Assembly (NCBI GenBank): GCA_017620615.1
Contig: JAGAUW010000012.1
Coordinates: 30,221 to 94,220, forward strand
DNA length: 64,000 nucleotides
Source: Clostridia bacterium
GTDB taxonomy: Bacteria > Bacillota > Clostridia > Monoglobales > Monoglobaceae
Direction of reading: 5' to 3'
The notes beneath the pieces are model-generated. The model did not search any database. It worked only from the letters and a program-made list of their open reading frames with translations, and was not told the DNA's origin. This document shows positions 27,607 to 38,064 of this stretch, in pieces (position 1 is the stretch's first letter; each line of letters begins with the position of its first letter). The translations under genes and the position numbers were made by a program.

Positions 27607-28254
27607 ATGAGAATGCGAAGAAAAAAACACCGCGAAGAACGTATGGAAAACTGTTCTTCGCTTATGATAAGAGATATAATGGAGCATAAAAATGATATAA
27701 ATGCTGTGTTTCAAAATGACAGACCCTTGCATATTGAAATAGGTTGCGGCAAGGGTGGATTTATACTGGAGACCGCAAAGAGAAATCCTGATATAAATTA
27801 TCTTGCTTTTGAAAAAAATCTTGATGTTTTGGTTCTCGCCATGGAAAAGGTTAAGGAAGCGGGGCTTTCCAATGTTAAGTTTGTTCCAGGGAATGCGGAG
27901 ATTTTGGGCGAAATGGATACCGCTACAAAGGCGGAAAGACTTTACATAAATTTCTGTGATCCATGGAGCAAAGAGGGTTATAAAAAACGCAGGCTGACAC
28001 ACGAAAGGTACCTTTCTATCTATGAAAGATTGCTCTGTGAAACCGGGGAAATTCATTTCAAAACTGACAACCGCGGACTTTTTGAGTTTTCGCTCAATTC
28101 TTTCGCAGAATTTGGTCTTAAATTAAAAAACATTACCCTCGATTTGCATAACAGCAAATTTGAAGGTAATGTTATGACCGAATATGAAAAGCTTTTTTCA
28201 GAAAAAGGACAGCCTATATACAGATGCGAGGCTACATTTCCTTCGACTCGGTAA
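27607..28254 (+). CDS. trmB: tRNA (guanine46-N7)-methyltransferase
   Basis: MRMRRKKHREE...EIGCGKGGF...NFCDPWSK.... Start moved to ATG 27607. Confidence 0.85.
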   Translation: MRMRRKKHREERMENCSSLMIRDIMEHKNDINAVFQNDRPLHIEIGCGKGGFILETAKRNPDINYLAFEKNLDVLVLAMEKVKEAGLSNVKFVPGNAEILGEMDTATKAERLYINFCDPWSKEGYKKRRLTHERYLSIYERLLCETGEIHFKTDNRGLFEFSLNSFAEFGLKLKNITLDLHNSKFEGNVMTEYEKLFSEKGQPIYRCEATFPSTR

Positions 28255-28723
28255 GGGGAATATAAAACAAAACGCCAGCCGTTATAGCGTGTGAAACAAG
28301 CACAGAAATAAAGGCATACTCAGAGTTCAACATAGGCTCCAAAAAACGTGTATGCTGAAAAAGCCATCTGAAGATAAAGCTTACCTTAAGACCACCAAAA
28401 ACTGCTGAGTTGTTGATGTACAGAAGTACTGAAATCAGTGCATAAACGAAAAATGAAACAGCGGCAGGGACAGCATATTCTGCCAAGGAGAATGTTTTTT
28501 TATAAAAGTTAGTCCAGTTGCGGCGGTAAAGGAAAAGGAAAAGCAAAAAAGCCGCGAAATTGAGAACAAAACAAACGTAACGGTAAATAACAACATTTTC
28601 ACGGAAAATCATAATAGAAAAAATTACGGAACAAAGAATGGACAGGCATAGCGTCTTGATTGTTTCAATCACAGAACTTGCGAAAATATACAAGATTATC
28701 ATCCTTTCTTTATGGCATATCAA
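28232..28723 (-). CDS. Hypothetical multi-pass membrane protein
   Basis: 163 aa with 4-5 hydrophobic helices. 3' end overlaps the trmB 3' end convergently by 23 nt. Confidence 0.5.
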   Translation of the reverse strand: MICHKERMIILYIFASSVIETIKTLCLSILCSVIFSIMIFRENVVIYRYVCFVLNFAAFLLFLFLYRRNWTNFYKKTFSLAEYAVPAAVSFFVYALISVLLYINNSAVFGGLKVSFIFRWLFQHTRFLEPMLNSEYAFISVLVSHAITAGVLFYIPLTESKEM

Positions 28724-28807
28724 GCATTTTCAAATATTTTAACATATGTTCCCGAAATATTCAAGTAAAAAGTTGAAATATTTTGGAGTTTTAGAATAAA
28801 AAAGTAC

Positions 28808-28836
28808 TTGACAAAGGGAATTTTGTGTGATATACT
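28808..28836 (+). promoter_or_regulatory. Promoter of the infC-rpmI-rplT operon
   Basis: TTGACA - 17 nt - (TGa)TATACT, extended -10. Confidence 0.7.
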
Positions 28837-28842
28837 CGCAAG

Positions 28843-28975
28843 GTAAAGCAGAAGGTCCGCTTCTCCCCTCAGCTTTTGGCAAAAGGGTATTGAATTTGTT
28901 TTTGAGTGCGGAGTTTTGTGCTTTCCGCACTTTTTTGTTTTTAAGGAGTGCAAACTATTTTGGAGGTGTTTAGGT
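28843..28975 (+). promoter_or_regulatory. L20-type ribosomal-protein leader with attenuator terminator (hairpin 28905-28940)
   Basis: ~130-nt untranslated leader containing AGTGCGGA-gttttgtgctt-TCCGCACT plus TTTTTT immediately before infC. Position and architecture match the Firmicute L20 leader (Rfam L20_leader family). No covariance model was run. Confidence 0.6.
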
Positions 28976-29491
28976 ATAGCTAAGCAGGAATTGATGATTA
29001 ACGAGGAAATCCGTGACAAAGAAGTTCGTCTTATTGGCCCTGACGGTGCTCAGCTTGGTGTTGTTTCAAGCAAGGAGGCACTCTCTATGGCTGATGAGCA
29101 CAACCTTGACCTTGTCAAGATTGCACCTCAGGCAAAGCCGCCTGTGTGCAGAATTATGGATTACGGAAAGTACAAGTTTGAACTTGCCAAAAGAGAAAAG
29201 GAACAAAGAAAGAACCAGAAGGTCATTGACATCAAAGAGGTTCGTCTTAGCCCCAATATCGATGAGCATGATTTTCAGACAAAGGTTAATCAGGGAATTA
29301 AGTTTTTAAAGTCCGGTGACAAGGTGAAAGTTTCGGTGCGTTTCCGTGGCCGTGAAATTACTCACAGTGCAAGCGGAAAGGAATTGCTTCTCAGAGTTAA
29401 GGACGCAATGGCTGAAGTTGGCGTTGTTGAAAAGGACATTAAACTTGAGGGAAGAAGCATGGCTATGTTTGTATCACCCAAGAAAGCATAA
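28976..29491 (+). CDS. infC: Translation initiation factor IF-3 with non-AUG (ATA) start
   Basis: IAKQELMINEEIRDKEVRLIGPDGAQLGVVS.... GGAGGTG RBS lies 7 nt before ATA 28976. The ORF-track upstream extension runs through the terminator. Confidence 0.85.
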   Translation: MAKQELMINEEIRDKEVRLIGPDGAQLGVVSSKEALSMADEHNLDLVKIAPQAKPPVCRIMDYGKYKFELAKREKEQRKNQKVIDIKEVRLSPNIDEHDFQTKVNQGIKFLKSGDKVKVSVRFRGREITHSASGKELLLRVKDAMAEVGVVEKDIKLEGRSMAMFVSPKKA

Positions 29492-29550
29492 GATTTTGCC
29501 TTGGATAGGACAAAAGCTTTAAAAAGTTATTTATGGAAGGAGTATGAAAA

Positions 29551-29748
29551 ATGCCTAAAATCAAGACACACAAAGGCGCAGCAAAACGTTTCGGCGTTAC
29601 AAAGAACGGAAAAATCAAAAGAGGTAAGGCTTACAGAAGCCACATCCTCAACAAGAAGTCAACAAAGAGAAAAAGAAAGCTCAGAAAGGGCGGCTATCTT
29701 GCAACAGCAAATGCTGCTACAATCAAGAGCATGATGCCTTACAAATAA
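29551..29748 (+). CDS. rpmI: 50S ribosomal protein L35
   Basis: [14 protein letters not shown].... Confidence 0.95.
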   Translation: MPKIKTHKGAAKRFGVTKNGKIKRGKAYRSHILNKKSTKRKRKLRKGGYLATANAATIKSMMPYK

Positions 29749-29849
29749 GAAGGTAAATTTACGAAAGATTTTCGGTCCGATTCTGGACAAATTGAATTGC
29801 GGCCCAGGCTCGCAAAAAACACATTAAGATATGAAAGGAGTCTTTAGAC

Positions 29850-30194
29850 ATGGCAAGAGTTAAAGGTGCTATGCACACAAGAAAAAGACGTAAGAAAATA
29901 TTAAAATTAGCTAAAGGTTACAGAGGAGCGAAGAGCAAGCTTTTCAAGACAGCCAATCAGGCAGTTATGAAATCACTTACTTATGCTTATCGTGACAGAA
30001 AACAAAAGAAGAGAAACTTCAGACAGCTCTGGATTGCTCGTATCAATGCGGCAGCTCGTGCTAACGGTATCAGTTACAGCAAGTTTATGAACGGCCTTAA
30101 GAATAATGGTATCGAAATAAACAGAAAGATGCTTGCTGAAATCGCGGTTTCAGACCCTGCTGCATTTGCAAAACTCGTTGAAAAGGTTAAATAA
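29850..30194 (+). CDS. rplT: 50S ribosomal protein L20
   Basis: [27 protein letters not shown].... Confidence 0.95.
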   Translation: MARVKGAMHTRKRRKKILKLAKGYRGAKSKLFKTANQAVMKSLTYAYRDRKQKKRNFRQLWIARINAAARANGISYSKFMNGLKNNGIEINRKMLAEIAVSDPAAFAKLVEKVK

Positions 30195-30210
30195 ATTTTG
30201 CATCAGAAAA

Positions 30211-30240
30211 GTTATACCGCATAAGGTATAACTTTTTCCT
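30211..30240 (+). terminator. Terminator after rplT
   Basis: agttatacc-gcataa-ggtataact followed by ttttcc. Confidence 0.75.
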
Positions 30241-30287
30241 GCAATAAGGGGAATTAAAAGTTTAATCAGGAATTTATATGTTAGGGG

Positions 30288-31034
30288 ATGCGATTTATGG
30301 GAGAAGAACAACTTTATAATCCTGTGGAAGGGATAAATCAGATGATTGCGGACATCGAGAGCGTTGTGACGCCTTTGGTCTTTAAATTTCATCCGCTCCT
30401 TAGAATTTTGAGTATACTGAACATTTATTTGGTTGTTATCTGTTTTGTATCTACTTTGTTATATTTGGTTTTTAAAAGAAAGCACCGTATAGGAGGCAAA
30501 CTTAAAAGACCTGCAAATTATTTTATGGCTGGATTCTTTCTGCTTCTTTATATTTTGCTCACTGAAACACCAATCAGACTTGGGCCCGACATAAGCCTGA
30601 ATTTTGGTCTTGTGGTTATGCCTATGGCAGCAAAAGTGTTTGGGCCGCTTCTTGGTGGTGCATTTGGCATTATTCAGTATGGTGCGTCTTTTGCTATGCA
30701 TTCAGGAGAGGCTTTCAGCATAAGCTCTGTTTTGGTTGCGGGTCTCAGTGGTATGATTTACGGAAGATTTCTTTATGCAAGACATACAACATATCTCAGA
30801 TGTTTGTGGGCGAAGCTTTTGGTAAATGTTGTATGCAATATTTTCCTTGTACCCATGGTTAATACGTCTATGATGACTTCAGAACTGGCAGATGGAATCA
30901 CGCAAAGCATAGTTTCAAACGTATTGCTTGCACCTCTTCAGGCACTTATTATTTATGCCGCAATTACTATTATGAAGAAAGCTCGTGAAGCTCTCAGTGA
31001 GGTTTCATGGGGCATTGCTAAAAAAGATGTTTAA
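30288..31034 (+). CDS. Membrane protein, ECF-transporter S-component-like (folate-family-like)
   Basis: 248 aa with ~6 TM helices. The C-terminal two-thirds resemble FolT-type S components. Low certainty without HMMs. Confidence 0.4.
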   Translation: MRFMGEEQLYNPVEGINQMIADIESVVTPLVFKFHPLLRILSILNIYLVVICFVSTLLYLVFKRKHRIGGKLKRPANYFMAGFFLLLYILLTETPIRLGPDISLNFGLVVMPMAAKVFGPLLGGAFGIIQYGASFAMHSGEAFSISSVLVAGLSGMIYGRFLYARHTTYLRCLWAKLLVNVVCNIFLVPMVNTSMMTSELADGITQSIVSNVLLAPLQALIIYAAITIMKKAREALSEVSWGIAKKDV

Positions 31035-31818
31035 AATAACAGGAAAAGATAATAAGACCTTAAAACTTATAAAGTCTTTAAAAAAGAAAAGTAACCGCAC
31101 AGAACAAGGTTTGTTTGTGGCGGAGGGAAAACGCCTCGTCTGCGAGGCACTGCGTTATGCCGGTGAAAGAGTCAGAATGGTGGTTGTTACCGAAGAATTT
31201 TCGGAGAGAGAAGCTGACTTTGTTCAAAAGGCAAATGATGTTTGTCAGAATATGTTTGTTGTGACAAACAGTGCCTTTGATGAAATTTCGGACACTGATA
31301 CTCCTCAGGGAATTCTGGCAGTTGTTGAAATGACTGAAAAAGTAGTACCTGATTTAGAGAATGCAAAAAGCATTGTTGTTTTGGATGGGATCTCTGAGCC
31401 TGGAAATATGGGAACAGTTATAAGAACAGCCGAAGCGTTGGGCTTTGATGGCTTATATATTATGAGAGGCTCTGCGGATATTTTCGGACATAAAACGGTT
31501 CGTGCTACCATGGGTTCTGTTTTCAGGATGAGTTTCAAAACCGATTGTACTATCCAGGATATAAAAGAACTTAAAAATATGGGTTTCACAGTGATTTCCA
31601 CCACGCCTTCAGGGGACACGGCGCTTGAAAAGATGGATGTTCCAAAGAAAACAGCTGTGGTGATTGGAAATGAGGCACATGGCGTCAGCGGAGATGTTTT
31701 GACGGCCTCTGATTTGAATGTCAGAATTTCTATGGATGGACTTGCTGAGTCGCTTAATGCGGCAGTTGCCGCAGGAATTACTATGCACTGGATAAAAAAT
31801 TTTTCAAGGGAAAACTGA
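31027..31818 (+). CDS. TrmH/SpoU-family RNA 2'-O-methyltransferase
   Basis: SPOUT motifs ...VLDGISEPGNMGTVIRTA...VIGNEAHGVS...ESLNAAVAAGI. Start at ATG 31027. Confidence 0.85.
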   Translation: MFKITGKDNKTLKLIKSLKKKSNRTEQGLFVAEGKRLVCEALRYAGERVRMVVVTEEFSEREADFVQKANDVCQNMFVVTNSAFDEISDTDTPQGILAVVEMTEKVVPDLENAKSIVVLDGISEPGNMGTVIRTAEALGFDGLYIMRGSADIFGHKTVRATMGSVFRMSFKTDCTIQDIKELKNMGFTVISTTPSGDTALEKMDVPKKTAVVIGNEAHGVSGDVLTASDLNVRISMDGLAESLNAAVAAGITMHWIKNFSREN

Positions 31819-31853
31819 AAGTGTAAATAGCATAACGCAAGGAAAGAAAAAGT

Positions 31854-32972
31854 ATGAATGTTTTATATGAATTATGGCTTCAGAGTATTTGCGGTTTTGA
31901 GCCGGAAATGGTTGAAAAGGCAGCTTTTTTGTTTGAAGGAAAGAAGAACAGGTTTTCTTCACCTGAAATGGAAGAACAGCGGCTTCGTAGAAACGGGGTC
32001 CCTAAAGAAATATCAAAACGTGTATCAGAGGAAAAGTATCTGGAGCTTGCAAAAAATGTTGAGGAATACTGCAACCAAAATGGGATAAGGATTATAACTC
32101 AAGAGTCGGATGAATATCCCCAGCTTCTCAAACATATAAACACACCACCCCGAATATTATTTGCAAAAGGAGAAAAACTGAGCTTAAGCTCAAGGGTTTC
32201 CGTTTCGGTTGTAGGGTCGAGAAAGCCTACGCCTCAGGGCAAAAGCGTTGCAAGGCAAATTGGATATGATTTGGCAGAAAACGGGGTTGCGGTTATCAGC
32301 GGTATGGCTGAGGGCATAGATGCAGAGGCCCACAAAGGCGCGCTTGAGGGTGGCGGAAAGACGGTCGCTGTTCTTGCGGGCAGCGTGGATGTCATTTATC
32401 CCAAAAGCAACGAGAAATTATATTATGAAATTATGAAAAACGGCACTGTGATTTCTGAACGTCCTCCTGGGACTGCGGTTAAGCCCTATTTTTATCAGCA
32501 ACGTAACAGGATTGTTGTTGGACTGTCTCAAGGGACGGTTGTGGTAGAGGGAAAGGCAAAAAGTGGAACGTCAATTACCGCACGTCTTGCTCTTGAAAAC
32601 AACCGCGATGTCTTTGCGGTTCCCGGTAGCCTTCTTAATTGGCAGTCAGAACTGCCAAATATTTTGGCAGGGGATGGAGCCATAATTGTTGATAAAATCA
32701 GCAGGGTAAGTGAATATTATAAAGAAATGCGACCTGAACTTTTTGAGGAAAAACGTGTTGAGAAAAGATCTGAAAAGGTATTAGGCTTATCGGCAGAGGA
32801 TGAAAAAATTTTGGAATTTATCGTCCGAAACGGTGGGATGTCAGGCAGTGAAGAAATGCTTGAGGAACTTGGATTTGCACCAAATGTACTTAGCAGCAGG
32901 CTCACAATACTTTGTATAAGAGGAATTCTCAGGCAGGAAAGTGGAAATCGGTATGTGTTGTTAAAGTATTGA
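31854..32972 (+). CDS. dprA: DNA-processing protein DprA
   Basis: ...VGSRKPTPQG...VISGMAEGIDAEAHKGAL...QRNRIV..., plus a C-terminal winged-helix domain. Confidence 0.9.
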   Translation: MNVLYELWLQSICGFEPEMVEKAAFLFEGKKNRFSSPEMEEQRLRRNGVPKEISKRVSEEKYLELAKNVEEYCNQNGIRIITQESDEYPQLLKHINTPPRILFAKGEKLSLSSRVSVSVVGSRKPTPQGKSVARQIGYDLAENGVAVISGMAEGIDAEAHKGALEGGGKTVAVLAGSVDVIYPKSNEKLYYEIMKNGTVISERPPGTAVKPYFYQQRNRIVVGLSQGTVVVEGKAKSGTSITARLALENNRDVFAVPGSLLNWQSELPNILAGDGAIIVDKISRVSEYYKEMRPELFEEKRVEKRSEKVLGLSAEDEKILEFIVRNGGMSGSEEMLEELGFAPNVLSSRLTILCIRGILRQESGNRYVLLKY

Positions 32973-32989
32973 ATAAAGCGGAGGTAAAG

Positions 32990-35125
32990 ATGGCGAAAAC
33001 AGTTGAAAAAACAACGAAAGTCAAGAAAAAAAACCTTGTCATCGTTGAGTCACCTGCAAAGGCTAAAACAATAAAGAAGTATCTGGGAACTGGCTATGAA
33101 GTAGTGGCATCAATGGGGCACCTCAGGGACCTTCCCAAAAGTCAGCTGGGAATTGACCTCAGTGATAATTTCAAGCCCAAATATATTACCATACGCGGCA
33201 AGGGCGATTTGATTTCAAAGCTCAAAAAGGATGCAAAAAATTCTGCTAAAGTTTTTCTTGCAACCGACCCTGACCATGAAGGTGAAGCAATTTCGTGGCA
33301 TCTTGCAAATCTTCTGGACATAAATGCAGAGGATGAATGCCGCATTACATTTAACGAAATAACAAAAAATGCAGTGAAAGACGCTGTCAAAAATCCACGG
33401 AAAATAGATGAAAATTTGGTTGACGCACAGCAGGCAAGACGAGTTCTTGACAGAATTGTGGGTTACCAACTCAGCCCGCTTCTTTGGAAAAAAGTGAAAA
33501 AAGGTCTTAGTGCGGGCAGAGTTCAGTCTGTTGCGACAAAGCTCATTGTGGACCGTGAACGTGAGATAAATGCATTTTCTGAGGAAGAATACTGGACTAT
33601 TGACGTGAAACTTACCGACCAGAAAGGAAAGAAACCCTTTGTGGCAAAGTTTTACGGCAAAAATGCAAAAACAAAAATGAAGCTTTCTGATGAAAGCACT
33701 GCAAGTGAGGTTGCTCAAAAACTGAAAGAGTCCGATTATACGGTGGACAAGGTGGTAAAGTCTGAGAAAAAGAGATATTCTGCTCCACCTTTTACCACAA
33801 GTACGCTCCAACAGGAAGCAGCCAGAAAGCTTAACTTCACAACGAAGAGGACTATGGCGACTGCGCAGCAGCTTTATGAAGGAATTACCCTCAAAAGCGG
33901 CGGCAGTGTCGGTCTTATCACATATATGAGAACGGACTCTCTCAGGATTTCTCTTGAGGCACAAAGCGAATGCCGAAAATATATAGGTGAAAAATTTGGG
34001 GCAAGTTATGTTCCTTCAAAACCAAAGTTTTATCGTTCCAAAAAGACTGCTCAGGATGCTCATGAAGCAATAAGACCTACGTCAATGCTCTATGACCCTG
34101 AAAAAATAAAGGACTCACTGAAAACTGATCAGTATAAGCTTTACAAACTTATATGGAACAGATTTCTTGCAAGCCAGATGGTCGACGCCGTTGTTGATAC
34201 GGTTCAGGCAGATATCAAGGGCAAGGATTTTGTGCTCAAGGCAAGCGGTTCGGATGTTAAATTTGACGGCTTTATGGCGGTTTATGTTGAGGGAAAAGAC
34301 TTCGTCGAAGAAAAGGAAGGAAAGATTCCTCCAATTCAGGAGGGGGATGTTCTTCTTGTGAAAGACGTTGATCCCAAACAGCATTTTACTCAGCCGCCCG
34401 CAAGATATACAGAAGCATCTCTTGTTAAGAAAATGGAGGAAGACGGCATAGGCAGACCAAGTACCTATGCGCCCACCATTACCACAATAACAAGCCGTGG
34501 CTATGTAGCAAGAGAGGGCAAGGCACTTTATCCCACAGAATTGGGAACCCTTGTTACAGGGCTGATGGAAGAATATTTTCAGGATATTGTGGATGTTGAG
34601 TTTACTGCCAATATGGAAGAAAAGCTTGACGGCGTTGAGGACGGAAAAACACAGTGGAGAGAAGTGATTGGTGAGTTTTACACACCGTTTTCCAAAACCC
34701 TTGAAAATGCTGAAACCGAAATCGGCAAGATTGAAGTGAAAGACGAGGTTTCGGACATTCCTTGCGAAAAATGCGGACGGATGATGGTGTATAAGCAAGG
34801 TAGGTTTGGAAAGTTCCTGGCTTGCCCGGGATATCCGGAGTGTAAAAATACCAAGTCCATTGTGGAAGAGATAACTGCAAAGTGCCCCAAATGTGGCGGC
34901 AGTGTTCAGGTCAAGAAATCCAAAAAGGGTGCGACATATTATACCTGCGAGAAAGGGACAGACTGCTTGCTCTCCTGGGATGAACCAACTTCAATGTCTT
35001 GTCCCAAATGCGGCGGAACACTTATGAAACGGCGAGCTTTTAAGGGCAGAGGACCAATAAGGTATGTTTGCTTCAATGAAAACTGTGATTATACCGAAAC
35101 TCCATCAAGAACCAAAAAGAAATAA
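32990..35125 (+). CDS. topA: DNA topoisomerase I
   Basis: LVIVESPAKAKTIKKYLG (Toprim), YMRTDS active-site Tyr region, and C-terminal CxxC zinc ribbons. Start at ATG 32990 behind GGAGG. Confidence 0.95.
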   Translation: MAKTVEKTTKVKKKNLVIVESPAKAKTIKKYLGTGYEVVASMGHLRDLPKSQLGIDLSDNFKPKYITIRGKGDLISKLKKDAKNSAKVFLATDPDHEGEAISWHLANLLDINAEDECRITFNEITKNAVKDAVKNPRKIDENLVDAQQARRVLDRIVGYQLSPLLWKKVKKGLSAGRVQSVATKLIVDREREINAFSEEEYWTIDVKLTDQKGKKPFVAKFYGKNAKTKMKLSDESTASEVAQKLKESDYTVDKVVKSEKKRYSAPPFTTSTLQQEAARKLNFTTKRTMATAQQLYEGITLKSGGSVGLITYMRTDSLRISLEAQSECRKYIGEKFGASYVPSKPKFYRSKKTAQDAHEAIRPTSMLYDPEKIKDSLKTDQYKLYKLIWNRFLASQMVDAVVDTVQADIKGKDFVLKASGSDVKFDGFMAVYVEGKDFVEEKEGKIPPIQEGDVLLVKDVDPKQHFTQPPARYTEASLVKKMEEDGIGRPSTYAPTITTITSRGYVAREGKALYPTELGTLVTGLMEEYFQDIVDVEFTANMEEKLDGVEDGKTQWREVIGEFYTPFSKTLENAETEIGKIEVKDEVSDIPCEKCGRMMVYKQGRFGKFLACPGYPECKNTKSIVEEITAKCPKCGGSVQVKKSKKGATYYTCEKGTDCLLSWDEPTSMSCPKCGGTLMKRRAFKGRGPIRYVCFNENCDYTETPSRTKKK

Positions 35126-35131
35126 ATTATG

Positions 35132-35166
35132 AGACCTCAGGTGGTTTGCCTGGGGTCTGTTTTTTA
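35132..35166 (+). terminator. Terminator after topA
   Basis: agacctcagg-tggtttg-cctggggtct followed by gtttttt. Confidence 0.8.
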
Positions 35167-35344
35167 TGGTTGAGCGATGTTAAAATTTGAAGACAGCTGA
35201 AAAATAAGCAATAAAGATATGAATTTTTTGTAAAAAACCAACAAAAATCTTGCAATTTGTAAAAAAAAGATGTATAATACAAAGTGAATGTGTGTAATCA
35301 GTTGTGATTTATATTTACAAACGAAACATAACGGAGGTATGGAA

Positions 35345-36430
35345 ATGCAAAACAGAATATTTCAGAGTGCCTGCAATCAGCTCAGAAAGGATGTTCAAAG
35401 GAAACTGGGCGTTATGGATGAAAGCGGTCTTGTTATTGCTTGCAGTGATGAAAAGCTCACAGGTCATCAGAATGAAACGGTGGCGGTTTATTTTGAGACG
35501 AATAATGAAGATTTTGTAAGCGGAGGCTATACATTCCGTAAAATTGAGACCTGCAACAAAAATGTCTATATAGTATTTTGTGAGGGTAATGACGAGGTTG
35601 CAAGTGGTTTTGTGTCATTTTTGGGTGCACACTTTTTGACCATAAAGCAATATTATGACGAAAAGTACGACCGGGAAAGCTTTATGAAGAATGTTATTCT
35701 TGACAATGTTCTTCCCAGCGACGTTTTATACAGAAGCCGTGAACTCAAGCTTCCCATTGAGGCAGAGCGTGTGGTATTTCTTGTGAGAGCGCACAAAAGT
35801 GCAGAGAATGCACCAATCGATGTTCTTCACAGCATTTTTCCTGACAAGACAAAGGATTTTGTTATCCGCATAGATGACCGTGATGCAGCTATTGTCAAAG
35901 AGGTCAAAGCTGACACAACAATGAAAGAAATTGTGAAGATGGTTCAGGAAATGCACGACACAATAAATTCCGAAGCTATGGTGAAAGTTTCGATTGGTAT
36001 TTCCACAGTGGTTGAAACCGTTCAGGATTTGGCAAGAGCATACCGTGAGGCAAGAATTGCCCTTGAAGTAGGAAAGGTGTTTGATACCGAAAAGAATATA
36101 ATCAGCTATGATAATCTTGGTATAGGAAGACTTATTTATCAGCTTCCCACTACACTTTGCGAGTTGTTTTTGAACGAGGTTTTCAAAAAAGAATCTATTT
36201 CAGTGCTGGACAGTGAAACAATTTACACAATCCAGAAATTCTTTGAAAACAACCTCAATGTGTCAGAGACTTCAAGAAAGCTTTTTGTTCACAGAAACAC
36301 TCTTGTTTACAGACTTGACAAAATCAAAAAGCTCACTGGGCTTGACCTTCGTGAGTTTGATGACGCGATAATCTTCAAGGTGGCTATGATGGTAAACAAA
36401 TATCTCACATCAGAGCCTACAAGACTGTAA
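35345..36430 (+). CDS. PucR/CdaR-family transcriptional regulator
   Basis: C-terminal PucR HTH ...NLNVSETSRKLFVHRNTLVYRLDKIKKLTGLD.... Start ATG 35345 (7 nt after GGAGG) is preferred. Confidence 0.75.
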   Translation: MQNRIFQSACNQLRKDVQRKLGVMDESGLVIACSDEKLTGHQNETVAVYFETNNEDFVSGGYTFRKIETCNKNVYIVFCEGNDEVASGFVSFLGAHFLTIKQYYDEKYDRESFMKNVILDNVLPSDVLYRSRELKLPIEAERVVFLVRAHKSAENAPIDVLHSIFPDKTKDFVIRIDDRDAAIVKEVKADTTMKEIVKMVQEMHDTINSEAMVKVSIGISTVVETVQDLARAYREARIALEVGKVFDTEKNIISYDNLGIGRLIYQLPTTLCELFLNEVFKKESISVLDSETIYTIQKFFENNLNVSETSRKLFVHRNTLVYRLDKIKKLTGLDLREFDDAIIFKVAMMVNKYLTSEPTRL

Positions 36431-36478
36431 ATTCTTATATTCCGACCGAAATTTCGGGCAGAAAGGTAACAGAAGATT

Positions 36479-37156
36479 ATGATTGAATTTAAAAATGTTT
36501 CCAAAACTTATGAGGATACCGGAGTAAAGGCACTGAGCGATGTTTCTTTTTCAATTGAAAAGGGCGAGTTTGTGTTTCTGGTAGGACGTTCGGGTGCGGG
36601 AAAGTCTACACTCAGTAAGCTTATCATAAAGGAAGAATCTCCTGATGAGGGCGAAATCTTTGTGGACAAGTTTGAACTTAATACTCTTGCGAAAAAAGAG
36701 ATTCCTTATCTCAGACGAAGTGTAGGGATGATGTTTCAGGATTTTCGTCTGCTCCCCAACAAAACGGTATATGAAAACGTTGCCTTTGCCATGCAGGTTA
36801 TTGGGGCATCAAGGGGCGAGATAAGAAGAAACGTTCCAAATGTTTTGAATCTTGTGGGACTTGGACACAAGGCAAGGATGCTTCCCTCACAGCTTTCTGG
36901 CGGTGAGCAACAAAGAGTTTCGCTGGCTCGTGCATTGGTGAACAAACCACCGGTTATTATTGCCGATGAGCCTACTGCAAACCTCGACCCTGACACATCT
37001 GTTCAGATTATGGAGCTTTTGGCGGAGGTAAATCAAAGGGGTACGACAATGATTGTCACCACTCACGCCAAAGATTTTGTTGATACCATGCACAAGCGTG
37101 TTCTGGAATTCAGGGATGGTGTTTTAATCCGAGACGAAAAAGAAGGGGCTTACTGA
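36479..37156 (+). CDS. ftsE: Cell-division ATP-binding protein FtsE
   Basis: Walker A GRSGAGKST, signature LSGGEQQR, Walker B IIADEP. Confidence 0.92.
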   Translation: MIEFKNVSKTYEDTGVKALSDVSFSIEKGEFVFLVGRSGAGKSTLSKLIIKEESPDEGEIFVDKFELNTLAKKEIPYLRRSVGMMFQDFRLLPNKTVYENVAFAMQVIGASRGEIRRNVPNVLNLVGLGHKARMLPSQLSGGEQQRVSLARALVNKPPVIIADEPTANLDPDTSVQIMELLAEVNQRGTTMIVTTHAKDFVDTMHKRVLEFRDGVLIRDEKEGAY

Positions 37157-37157
37157 T

Positions 37158-38048
37158 ATGATATTTAGGAATGTGAAATATTTCTTTGTTCAGGGTGTCA
37201 AGGGACTTGTTTCAAACAGCCTTATGACCCTTGCTTCCATTGGTATTGTGATTGCGAGCCTTGTGTTGTTTGGCTTTTTTCTGCTTTTCGGTATGAATCT
37301 CAATGCTGTTGGCGAACAAATAAAAGAGCAGTGCGAAATAAACGTTTATATGCCCAACGAAATGAGTCGTGACGGTGTTCGTGAAATAGGCAGTGCACTT
37401 AGCGAAATTGAATATGTGAAAGAGGCTCAGCTTTATACCAAGGAAGAACGTCTTCAAAATTACAGAGAGGGCGTTTATCAGGAGAGAGCTGAGGTTATTG
37501 ATACTCTGGAGGAAGATAATCCTCTCCGTGATGCTTATATCCTTGTGCTTGAGGATGTGACAAAGGCAAATGAGGTTGCTGCGGCTGCTGCAAAGGTTGA
37601 GGGGGTTCAGGAGGTTGTCAACCGCCAAGACCTTATACAGCAGATTTTGTCCATAACCAATACGGTGAAGCACGTAAGCGTGTGGCTGCTTTTGATTTTG
37701 GCATTCATTTCGGTGTTTATTATTTCAAACACCATAAAGCTTGGAATGTTCTCACGCCGCAAGGAAATCAATATTATGAAATTTGTGGGTGCTACAAATT
37801 GGTTCATCCGCTGGCCCTTTATTATTGAGGGTATGCTTATTGGTGCTGTGGGAGCCGTGTGTGCATTCTTCATAGTTATGCTTGGTTATGGCTCGGTGCT
37901 CCCAACTGTTCAGGAGTTTATGGGAAATATTGAGCTTCTGGCATCAGCAGAGGTTATAAAGATTGTTATTGCGCTGTTCCTTGTGATGGGAATGGGCATT
38001 GGTATGACAGGAAGTGGCTTGTCAATAAGAAAGCATTTACACGTTTAA
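37158..38048 (+). CDS. ftsX: Cell-division permease FtsX
   Basis: 296 aa with 4 TM helices and an extracellular loop. Immediately follows ftsE. Confidence 0.88.
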   Translation: MIFRNVKYFFVQGVKGLVSNSLMTLASIGIVIASLVLFGFFLLFGMNLNAVGEQIKEQCEINVYMPNEMSRDGVREIGSALSEIEYVKEAQLYTKEERLQNYREGVYQERAEVIDTLEEDNPLRDAYILVLEDVTKANEVAAAAAKVEGVQEVVNRQDLIQQILSITNTVKHVSVWLLLILAFISVFIISNTIKLGMFSRRKEINIMKFVGATNWFIRWPFIIEGMLIGAVGAVCAFFIVMLGYGSVLPTVQEFMGNIELLASAEVIKIVIALFLVMGMGIGMTGSGLSIRKHLHV

Positions 38049-38064
38049 GTCAGGAGGGTTTGTT

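Noticed and set aside
33215-34798. Long antisense ORFs (33215-33964, 34115-34798) inside topA
   Set aside because: They lie entirely within, and antisense to, a strongly supported conserved gene. The translations are low-complexity, with no start context.
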